From assembly GCA_036172245.1 (NCBI GenBank), contig JAYWIR010000035.1:434001-498000 (forward strand): DNA of 64,000 bases, written 5' to 3'. Shown here in pieces: positions 38,628 to 49,839 of this stretch. Made by a program: the position numbers and the translations under genes. Below the pieces are notes generated by a model. The model saw nothing but the letters and a program-made list of their open reading frames with translations. It had not been told where the DNA came from and searched no databases. The stretch comes from Raillietiella orientalis (Eukaryota). The stretch's first letter is position 1. Every line of letters starts with the position of its first letter.

Positions 38628-40049
38628 GAATTACTGAATCAGAAATTTATCAAACATTTACGTATACGAATATGCCTTTATGGCTTTTCAGCGATTTCTA
38701 ACCGCAACTCTTTCTCTTCTGCACGAGGGAGAATACGATGACAATCCCTCGGAATTTAACAAATTACAGCACTGTGTGCCGCGGCCACGGCAGTTTGTTT
38801 GAAATTATCCGCAAGCAATCGGTTCAACGATTAATTAATCCGTCTTCTGCTGCTTACAGCTTTTGAAATCATCTACTGTGCCCTTAGGAATTCTTTGCGC
38901 TCGCTGTGACCTGGACGCATTACTGGTGTGTTTTACGAGTCGTGGGTGCTTTGCACAGCTGAGAACCAGAATAAACTTTTTTGCTTCAAGTGAGATGTCG
39001 AGAGAGAGGGTTGTTTGCTTCCTACACTTCTATCGGATTCTTCAACTCTCTTATTAATAAATATCCTTAAAGAAAGCAAACAAACAAACAAACAAAAAAA
39101 CCAACTTTTGACAATTTGGCACGAGTCGGTAGACGGATAACAGGCGTAAGTCTCGGAAATGCGTTATTTTTAGTATCCAGAATTAATTCGCTTGCAAAAG
39201 TGTAGACACGAAGAACTTTACATTAAGAACCACATTGCACGCTAAGAAACACACTTTTTAAAAAAATGCATTTCAGATGACACGAGCGTCTGAATCTGGC
39301 AGCTATCAAATAATTAGGCTCTTTAGTTTCCAGCAGTGCTCTCCTTGACTGGCAATGCTGATTGACGCAATGGCATCTTGACTCAGAGTTCTATATTTAA
39401 TTATACACATTTCAATTACATACATATTTTTTGTGTGTGTGCAATTGCAGCAGAATGCTCCCGTCGAATTCACTAAAGGGTCCATAGAAACAGGTTGTGG
39501 AGATGCCGCTTCCTTGTTTTCGCGTTTCGTCATTTCTGGTCCAGAGACCACGCCAATCCTTTTGCCAGCTCGGAAACAAAGTCCGCTGTACAAATTAAAT
39601 TCCTACGGAAATGCCCACTCTCCTCCCAGGAGAGGCTCGACTACTCCTTATCCTCCTTATTCTAAACATGTGCACCGTCTTTCCTTTTAGGAGAACACCT
39701 ACCGACGAACGTTCTCTTCCTTTGTACGTCACAACATTCATAAATTCCACCTTGCATATCCAATTGTCACAAGCTAGTCGATCCGTCGTTTACCTCTCGC
39801 AGTGTCTTGAAGATTTTAAGGCCCGAAAAGAACAAAGAGATTATTTATCGTTTCTGTACATGGAACGACCATGCCTGGCCTGGCCTTTTTTTGAGTGTTT
39901 GTTTCTAAAATCACGGGGTCCATTGTGCAGTTTTCAATGCACGTATGAGGCTCGCGCTCACTCACAAAGCAAGTATTAAGTTGGGAGTAAACTCGTTAAA
40001 GTTTAGTGACGACTTCATTACGTTGGGACGGGAAGGCCTATCCTGTAAG

Positions 40050-40700
40050 GCAGGGAGAGAATGAGAAACATAGGGTGATTTACATTGCTTGGTGATTCCC
40101 TAGGCAAGGAGGGGAAAAGACTTCACGCGCAATTCTGCGTTTATATCCGGCATTCTACTGGTTCATTAAGGAAAGCCAAGAGATCTTATCCTGGCTAATT
40201 ACAATACCGGAAGGGATCGCTAACCTAACGACTTGGGAGCGCCATGACTTTTCTGTAATTTGCAATTTCAGGTCATCCCGAAACAAACAGTGTGATTTAA
40301 GATACGAAGGCTAGAAGATCCAGGAGAATGAATGTCGTACATGTCCTGAATTTTTTCATCCACATCTGATACACGTCCGTGTCCGAGAATGCACTGTTCA
40401 TGTCAGTCAGCGTAAATTCTAGGTTGCTGCCGTACACGTATGCCTTCCATGTTGTGTTTGCCCTGATATCTTTTGTAATTACTTCCATTTTCGTTTCAAA
40501 AGGTCGATCTGCGCTCACCCATTACCACATTCAGGCACTCATCTGAAACTGCTGCTTTATGTCAATCTGTGCTCCCATCTTGGCTAATAGTTCCTGATGG
40601 ATGACTTTGGTGCGAAGAGCAGACGGTGTTTTCTCCTATGCACCTTATTTTTTTTTTTGGCGAGTGGACAGCGACCAACTAGCCCAACTCGATTCAGCTC
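40050..40700 (-). mobile_element. Decayed LINE RT relic
   Basis: TKMEVITKDI...KAYVYGSNL (~RL..V...II...Q.AYV.GR.I) followed by FILLDLLAFVS (~LD..KAFDSV). Confidence 0.5.
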
Positions 40701-43527
40701 GGTGAATCACCTCCGTTTATGGAACAAGCGAGTTATCAGCGACCCACAATGATAAATCGGGGATCAATCCGAGTGCAATCACTTTTACTTTTATTCCGAT
40801 TCGTAATCTGTGTGGTCACAGTTCAGCGCCGAGGACAGTAAGGAATATTCAGACTGGAGGACAGAACGGAGCTCACGAATTCGCTAGAGGGATTTTCCGC
40901 GTTAGAAAATGATTCCGTGGTCTCTGTGGAAACAGCGGCAGGTTAGCACAGGGTGGTAGCAAAACGTATCCTCTTAAGTGCTTCGGAAAATGCTTTTTTT
41001 TTCTTTTTTCTCGAACGGCGTTGTGCTCGATTTGTAAAAGTTTCTCAACAAAATCTTACTTACTTCTGGGAGAGGAAATTCCCTGATTCTGTTAATGCTG
41101 CTGCTCCTCCTCAGTAGCTGATTTTCCTTTTCCATTTGATTTGTTCCGTTTTTCCTTTGAGACTCTGCAAGAATTAATGAACAGTGACAAGGCGGTTTCA
41201 TAGCGTTTTCCTTCCAATTTTTCCCGACAACATTGCCACACTATTTGCCTAGAAAATCTCAAACACAACAATCTCAACAACAACAACAGTATCATCTAAT
41301 CATAACAGCTATTCGATTTCCGGCTGATCCCCAGCCCGGGTTTCTTTCGACTGCAATGCTTCGAGTAAACTTCGAATGCATCGTTAAAAAAAAGTTCCCA
41401 TTTGTTTTACTTTTTAATGAGAATCGAAACCAGACATCCACTTTAGCCGATGAAAGTTCAAACCACCGGTACCACTGTTTTTTTACGCCGCATAATTGCA
41501 AAACAAGAGAACAAACAAGATGGGGGGAATCAAAACAACCAAGCGTTATGCCAAAAAAAAAAAAAAACGATTCCGTACTTTGAAGCACAAACATGAATGG
41601 AACTTATGAGATTCAAACACCTTACTTATCAGAGCACTTGTTATCTGAACGGAAAAATCGGACGGGGGTATTTGGTATCCTTCTTTAAATGCATCTGTCT
41701 GAATATTTTCCAGTCTAGCAATCTTCTGAATGGCAACGCTACCACAAAATGATACGGACGAACTGCTTTTCTTTTCTTTTTCCTTTTTTTTTTCCCCCTC
41801 TTTCTACTACGCAGATCCTCTTGTTGGTTTACCCAGAACACTCGCAACCAGAGATATTATATGTGCTGCTTAGTAGGGAGACGTTTCTTTTCTATTGGCT
41901 ACAGCCAACTTCTGAAAGATTTTAACAAGAGACGGCAAAAAAAAAAAAAAAAAAGTTGGCAAAAGACTTGAAGTTGCTGCCATTCACGCAAAGCGGGCGT
42001 TCTCGGAAGTATTTTTCAGAACCTTGCGTTCCGAGCTTGACGAAAACAAGCCATGTTTCTTCGTCTTCAGAAATTAATAATTCAAGGAGAGAGGGCAGCT
42101 GGTGCAAAAGAATGAAATTTTGTAACAGTATCTTAAAATTTTAATGGCCTTTCTTCTTCGACTGCGAATAATTCGCTTGTTAAAAAATGATGGATGTGTT
42201 TCAAATCGACCCATGATGCCTAAAGCTCATCTTCACCGACTCCAGTAAACACATACTGCCTTCTGAAATGAAGGTGCAATAAATAAAGAAAATGAGGAAG
42301 AAGGAGAAGAAGAAAAGGTTCATCATTCATCTCTCACTCAATTTCAGGTGTGTAAATTTTCTCAAACTCTTACAGATTCCGTCTTGCCCACTTTGGCATC
42401 AGACTGGGAATATGCATTTCATAAGGTCAGCTTTTTTGGATAGCGCTTCGAGTTCTGGTCAGACATGACAGATTCCTTTTTGACACGCAGGCACTCTGGT
42501 CACGAGTAACGCATAGTAGAAAGTGCATAATGAGGTAATTAATTAAATAGCGCTCTTTTGGAGTGGATGCATGAGGACGGAGGCCAGGCGCAGAGGTACG
42601 GTTGGCCCGACTACTTATTTCAACATGAAGTTGTATATACGTAAATCAAATACTGTAAATCATAATCTTTGCTTCCCTTCTCATTTCATTTTCAACAACT
42701 CTTATAAGATGCATTTTATCGTTCGGTTTTTCCCATATATATTTACTAATCTTCTTGTGCTTGCAATATTCCTCAATCAAAGAACATCGGAATTTCCCTT
42801 CTCAAGATGTAATTATAGCGTTATAAATTATGTGTTTATATAATTTCACAAATTAATATTGAATACTGCCAAATCGCACTTCTCCCACGATAATTTCCTA
42901 CCCCTCCGTTAGAACTTCATTTGATTCCCTTCAGTGTTACTTCATTGATTTCGAAATTACATTTTCGCGTTTCTCTAAAGCCACAAATTTTCCAATCGAC
43001 CAAACAGTTTAGCAAAGACGTTTCACTCGGAGAGCAAAAGATTTATGCTAACTTCGAATCCCGCGTCATCTTCTCCAAATGGCGGCGCCATGACCTCCTA
43101 TCCAGTCCCGGTTGAGTCTCCAGGATCATTCTTCAACACGAGTACACCGTAGCTTCTGACGACATATTCGCCGAAACCATCCGTTGCTATGCCGAAAAGT
43201 TCACGAGTCCGAAACCGGCGATCGTTTCCGAGATGGATTTTCTCCAAGAAATGGCAAAATGGGTTGTTCCGCAATCGAACAGAACGAGTTGTCATCGAAA
43301 CTCCCTGTTCGAAGAGCTGAAAAAAGGAGTTGATTCCAGTTTGATGACATCGTGAGAAGCTGGATGCTGAGCGAAGATGGGATTCTTTTCACTGCAACCA
43401 TTTCTGGGTCCATGTGGGAAGCAGTGCAGTTTTCTTAGTACACTAGAGCTTGCAAATGCCAGGTAACCAGATGCATCAGTGCCTATAAGTCAAATCACGG
43501 AAACGTCTGAGAATTACAAGTTTAAGT

Positions 43528-46500
43528 GTGCACTCGGAATTGCATCCCCTGCCTCCAATGCATCCTGATTTTTTGGAGCCTCATGATGAGTATGGCGGCG
43601 GTCAAATTTCGAAACGGATTTCTGGTGTTGCCGTGTTGTTATCGCACGCGGGTAACAGATGGGTTGCCCATAGGTCCGTGGTGATGGGCTTTCTGCTGAC
43701 CTGCGTCATCAGCATCACATCATGGAAAGGAACACTTCAAATCGGCGTTACCGATTGGCACTGCACACGAGTTCGACTGCCCTGGTCGAATCTCAGCTAA
43801 TGGAGGGGGGCAGTCGATGAGAGAACAGGCGTCGTCTCGAGCAACGTGGTGGTAATGGTGAGTAAGGTATGGAAACCTGGCCGTTGTCTCAGTTTGATTT
43901 TCCACGTGTCTGTTCGGAAGGTGAACTGGATTTCCTAAAAAAGCAAAACAAAAAGGGAATACGACTAGAATGCTGGAGTAAAAGTCGAAAAACGAATCTT
44001 TTTACGATTTATAGCTTATTATGTATATTCTGAGTAAACAGAATATGCGTGCGTGCGTGCGTTTTTAATTCGCCATGCTTTTTCCAGTTTGTTTGCCCGA
44101 TCATCCAAGATAAAAAAGGATCCTAAGCTGCATACATCTTGTATCGTTCCCGATGACCTGCTTTTTGATTGCCATTCATCATTTTCGTTTTCCAAATAAG
44201 AGACAACCTGAATCTGTAGACAGCTTGTATGACTTCTACGCAGTTTCTCTAGAATTGCATTGCACGATCCAGGAACCGATCAGCAAATCCTCATTCTGGA
44301 TGGGAGACGACGAATGACGTAGACAACGAATCTGATCTCTTTCCGGGATGTGTTTCGCATTCTACGGTGTTTCCTCTTTCTTCATCACTCTAATCTCTTC
44401 GAAGCGGATTCATTTTGGTCGCGTGAAGAGAATTCCTGGAATTTCGAAGCAGTCGGCTTTATTCGGGCACGCTGCCTCTTTAATGGCAAGTGCTGTTGAT
44501 GTTCTGTTTTAGCCCTCACAGCTGCTGCTCACGGTGCAATGTCAGCGATAAATATTTATCGAGACATTTCAGATTTGTATAGGCACAGCGTATGCGTCTA
44601 CATTTCAGTGTCGAGTGTTGCTCCACATGATTGCACGCTTTGTTCTTGTTTTCTTACAGCTGCTTTGTAGATTATTCTATTTGAAATTTGTAGAAGCGAA
44701 CGCGATTCATTTTGGCAAAGGAGGAGGGTTGCTTCGTGGAATCCGCCTAGTATTTGATCCCACTATCGTCCAATGATCCGCAACACTTCTGGGTTTCCCA
44801 TCGTCCAGTTTGTGAGCGCAGAGGCCGCTGCCAGCTCTCGATCCACGATAGAAAAAGGAACCGCCTCAGACGCTGTGCTTCTTTCTCATGAAGAACTTTC
44901 TGGATTCTTTTGAGACGTTTCCTACAATTCCTTTCTCGATACAGTGTGCATTCGGGCTGCTTTTCCCGTCTCGGACAGGCTGCTTGCAGGAACGAATTCG
45001 AGCTGGACGAGCCGGACGAACCAACGTTTACCCAAACCTGTCGGGAGTCCCGAAAAGGCCCAACAGTTCGTTGATCGTCCAGTGCTTTGGATCAAAACAC
45101 TTTGCTTCTGCTTTCCTTTCACGTACTTAGGATACACGTTTCAGTTTCCGTGCATGCAGAGATGCATTCTGCCCGGGCAACGACGACATTTCTTAATTAT
45201 CGGATAACCCCGAGTTCTGAGTGGTCACTGGCTCCCCACATCACTTCTCAGCCCACGGACGTCCCCAGCTGGTTACACTGGGGCGTTTGTCAACATTGCC
45301 AAGTACGAGGAACATCCTTGGGATTGTGGAAACTAGTAAGATAACTGATGATTCCCACAATTCAGAAGCGTTGCGGTCACTGAGATCAGCTACAGCCACG
45401 GTCAGCCGGAAAGGCGAGAGATCGGATGAAGAAACGAAACAAAACAATATGCAGTTAGGATGCGAGCTTAGAAAGACCGCCATCGGTCAAGCAAAAGCCT
45501 GTGCTGCCACCTGTGTCTGGTGGTGCTTCGTGATGTCTCCTGGCACGTGTCCCGGGAGGAGCCATCTCTTCACTGCTCTCGAGAGACACTGGTGGCGGTG
45601 GATGTGGTAAGTGAGCCATTCCCATTCCTCCTGCCAGCATCCCGAGACGTGACGCCGCCATGTTGCGACTCTGATGATAGGACCTTGATCTTTGCTTCAG
45701 GCTGTGAGTCTGTTCTCAGGAAAGGTGTGTCTCGTTAGCTTCTCTGGAGTATCTTCTGGGCGATATTGGGGTGAAGAGGGCTTGCTTTAGGCGCTCTCAG
45801 CCGGGACGAAGCCCAGCGCAATCTGGAATCGGGATCGCAGGAAGGATTCGGTACGGAATAGGAATCTTCCCCTAAAGTGGCAGAAGTCGGCGACTCTGCT
45901 GTTGCACTGGGGCCTTTTGTGCAACGCGTGCCGACATCATTGGACCCGGGGGAGTGTAAGTCCGAACTGCGGCAGGTGCAGCGAGAGTGAGTCCCTCCCG
46001 CACCTGCTCATGGAGTGTTGCCCTCCACCCCATGTGAGAACCCTTCGCCACGTCCTTGTGGATCCCCGAGGGCAACCCCAGAGACATTTTCGATGGCCTC
46101 TTCCTGCGAGACGCCCTCACGCCGGCCGCATCCCAAGCAGCACTTTGCCTCCCAAGCGGTGGGATCGTGGCTGCACGGAGCAACGTCAGAGAAGGCCAGA
46201 ACGACAGGGACGCCATCTATTGTGCTGTCCTCTTCATGAGGGCAGTGTCAAGATGGACCCATCTGGGAGCCTCGAAACAGGAACTTGCGGGCATCCTTAC
46301 AAGGATGCAGAGGACATCCTCCAGCGCACAGTGATCCCTTCCCCAACCCTCCCATTTCTTTGACTGTATGTTTTTTGTTTTGTTTTTTTCTTTTTGTTTG
46401 TCTCCCCTTCTCCTGCGCTGTCGTGGACAACCTCGCCGGCCTGCGCGCCGGCTCTCGGCAGGTTCCTTCGGTACATTTTGTGACGTGGCAGGATCACGCT

Positions 46501-46540
46501 CCTGCCACTGACGCCAAAGTTTTATTTTTAATAAATAAAC
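43528..46540 (+). mobile_element. Decayed, internally deleted L1/Tx1-like LINE ORF2 plus 3' region (copy A)
   Basis: APE-like SGVAVLLS...GFLLTCVI (~43620); RT-like AVGFIRARCL (~44450) and LPSTRNILGIV (~GGLGI, ~45300); C-terminal zinc finger WGLLCNAC...PNCGRCSESESLPHLLMEC (45905-46020); T-rich 3' segment, stem-loops, and AATAAA at 46530. Confidence 0.7.
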
Positions 46541-49330
46541 GCCTCGGTTGACAGAAAGTCAGCCCACGCAACTTGCACGGGCTAAGGAGATGCCACCCCC
46601 TTACATGTGGTTTGTCGGTATCGAGTGCAGCCACTTTGGGGAGAAAGGCCTGAGGGGAGTTTCCAAGAAGAATGGCAGAACCGGAATTTCGTCCGGAGGA
46701 GGCTCCAAGAGTCCCTTTGAGTGGCTGTCTCTGCGTACGCCTACTGTTTCGACGTCCGTCCTCCACGAAGTGCCTCCTCGTAGTTCCTGCGAGGGGTGGT
46801 CTTTCGCTTCTCCCCGTGGGCAACTGCCACAATTATCCCCCTCAGGGGGGGATGGAGCCACGCGAGAGGTGAGGACAGCCGCTCTGCCCCACTTCCAGGG
46901 GTCTGGAGGATGAGCTCAGGTCTGGCCCGTTTGAGATGACGGGTGGACCTGAGTTCTTCCTCCGTGGTTCCCATGACGTGGCTACTCTTCATCCGCGCTC
47001 GGGTGCACGCACTGTCTCCTGACTCCGAAGCACCGAAATCTGTAAGGAGGGGGGAGGGAGGATGGCAAGAGTCCCCTCCCGGAGGCAAGGATGTGTCACC
47101 GCCAGCGGCGAGGCTTCCGACTTCCCGTGCTCCAGAGAGGAGAGGGCACTGTATTTGCGCTACCGTGGACCACGGTCAGACAACAGAGTTTTCCTTTTCC
47201 CCCTCCCTGCACCGAGCGTGCGTGTGTCCTGAGGAGGCAGATGAGTGGACTATGTGGAATCGAGCTGGCTCACCAGAAAACAAGCAAGCAAAAAAAAAAA
47301 AAAGGCAGAACGAAACACACGGATGAGGAGGCTGGTGATAGCACGCGCAGGCATCAGCGGATGATCCAAATGAATTGATACGAGCCGAAAGCCGGTTATG
47401 GAAAAAACGTCCGGGTACTTGTTCCTGCAGATGACCTTGCTCTGGAGGTGGCGTTCAACGGGCGTTTCGCTCGTTCGTTTCTCCTGCCGCGTGGTTTGTG
47501 CGAACAGCCACGGTGGAATCCTGAGCTATCGGGAGCGACGCAGGCATCGCCATGGAACCCAAGGTCTCCTCGTTGCGTAGTTTCCACCTCGGGAGGCGAA
47601 GGGCTCGACTCGGGAGGGGAAGGCGTCCTCAGCAGCGGTCTGCCCCGCACCGGAGCGGGGGAGAACCGACTGTCCGTCGAGTCCTGAACGGATGCTCTAG
47701 AGAGATGCGGCGGAGATCTGACTACGGGCGACCACGCATCGAAGGGGCGGTGGGTGGTCACTACCTGCTCTGCAGACTCTCTCCGCCACGGAACAAGGGG
47801 AGCGTAAACAAAGCGGTGGATTAACTTCCGTAAAGAGTCCCCCGCTTGCTCCACAGAAACACCGGGTGCGACCAGCGGCGTCCTGAGAGTACCGGTGCCG
47901 ATCCTCAATTCGTTGATCGCACCACGGAATCGTGCAAGAAGCAGGGATGCGAGTTCCAGATTCCTCTCAAATCTCTTACGCAGCCAACTGGTTCTTGCCA
48001 CGCTGTCGCCGACGGGAGCGGAAGGGAAAGCATGCGGCGTGCGCCTCCTCAGAGGTCATCGATGGATCCCTCGGAGAGGCAGCACTGCTTTTTCCATCTC
48101 GCACGTGCACTGAGCACACGGAGAGCCGCGGCCCGCGTTACGGAGCCCGCCGGGCAGGGAGGCTCCATAACAGGCCGCGGCTGAGTCAGAAAGCGAGGGT
48201 CACTGAGTGAGAGGTCCTTCCCTGAGGGCGCGAAGGACGCCGGGAACGAACAGGTCGTGAAGGGAAGCCGGTAGAAGCCGCTTAGCGCGTCTTCCGTGCA
48301 GAGAATTGCTACGGTCACGGCCGGGAAGCGGCATGGCAATGCCAAGTCCGTGGTGGATTCACCCAAGGGTGCCAAACTCGAGCATCAGCGGCAGTCCTCC
48401 CCCCCCCCCCCACCGCGCAATGCGAGAGAGGTTTCTCCCAGGAGGAGGAGGAAACCTCTCCTCCTGGGAGAAACCAAGGGAAGCAGCCCCATGGACCTCG
48501 AGACCGTCGCATTCCGCATCGAGGTGAGCCATCGCAGCAGTGCGCCCCACCCTTCGCCCCGTTCCGCCGCACAGAGCTCGCCAGTTCCCGAGTTCCGTCA
48601 TCATTGATATCCGGGAGCAGATGCCGCTTAAAAAGAGGCGTTTCGCCCGACGAGACGCACTCTACTTCGGAAAGGAAACTCCCGGGATGAGAGCCAGACA
48701 GAGTGCAGAAGAAGCACCTGGATGACCATCTAGCTCAAGTAGGCAACCGGTGGAGGCCGCGTAGAGACAGCATCCGGGTGAGGTGCAACATAAAGGAAAG
48801 TCAGAGGGAGAGGAGGCAGCTCCAGGGAACGAGGCGGGAAACACTCAAGATGAAGAGGTGCTTGGTCTCGAGGAGACGTGAAGCAGCCGTGTGCCTGGCA
48901 ACGTGTAGAACGCCCAATCGCAACCCGATTCTCGGGAGCGGAAGCAACGGGCATCGCCGCATGGAGCCACTTCAGGTGATCAGGGAGAACTCCCCGGGAT
49001 GCAGTTTTAGTAGTCGCGCTCCGGCAGCAGTCCACGGGTCCTCCACGAGCTCAGGCGACCACCCTGGTGCGGTAGGAAGACATCGACCCGCAGGCCACAA
49101 ATACCCCAGAGAACCGGGCATGAAGTGCGTGCGGTTGCCACTTTGCGAAGAGCCCTGTCTGCTCGTGATGAGCGTGGACTGTCATGAAAACAGAAGCGGA
49201 CGTTCAAGGAGACCTTTGGGATCTGACGAGAGTGCCCGCTGCGCCCGCCTCATCGACAGCGCCTTCTTTCGTGGTCCCTGGTTCATCGAGCTGCAGAGCA
49301 GCAGGCGAACGTGCTCACGACAGAATGTTT
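46541..49330 (+). mobile_element. Decayed LINE 5' half (ORF1-like plus APE) directly following copy A
   Basis: ORF1-like PGATSGVLRV and QHCFF knuckle remnant (47860-48130); APE-like LQVIRENS and PGMKCVRL...LLVMSVDCH...RLIDSAFF in ORF 48703-49467. Confidence 0.5.
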
Positions 49331-49839
49331 TTCTTTTCTTTCTTTCGTTGGGGGGCGGAGAGAGGAAAGTGAGGTTCCGGCTGAGCTCCATTCCTCTTTG
49401 TTTCCCACGAGAGTTTAATCCGCAGTATGAGATGCACCCGAGGCTTCCTCGGTTGGTCCGTTTGTGATTTCAGGACCTCCCTCCCCTCCTTCGCCCCTCC
49501 CTCTTTTGATCAAAAGTCGTGAATGTCTTTCACGCTGTGGTATCAGCTTTGCAGCGATGCAGCTGCCACTTGCAAGAATTTCTCGGTCCATAGTCTTCTC
49601 CCTCAATCCTCTCATCTTCCTGGACGAACCCGCAGAAGATGCTACCTGCTTGTTTTCCTTTCCCTTCTTCGGTGGTCGCTTCCATGGTCACGGAGGAGGA
49701 GGCAACCTCCCGGGAGAATCAGAGTGAAGCGGGCTTCAGGAAGATCTAAGACGAGGAAGGAAAGAGGGAGGGAGACAAGCACCAGGGATCGCGTTCAAGA
49801 ACTCAACAGCCAGCGCTCACAGGGGAGGGGAGGAAGGGT

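Noticed and set aside
37010..44062. AT/GT-rich tract, (AAAC)n at ~37535 and ~39077, (CAA)n at ~41276, (TGCG)n at ~44046, and homopolymer runs
   Set aside because: These are ordinary microsatellites with no repeat-spacer (CRISPR-like) organisation.
46434..46453. GCCGGC...GCCGGCT resembling HDV ribozyme P1
   Set aside because: The strands are only 6 nt apart, leaving no room for P2, P3 or P1.1.
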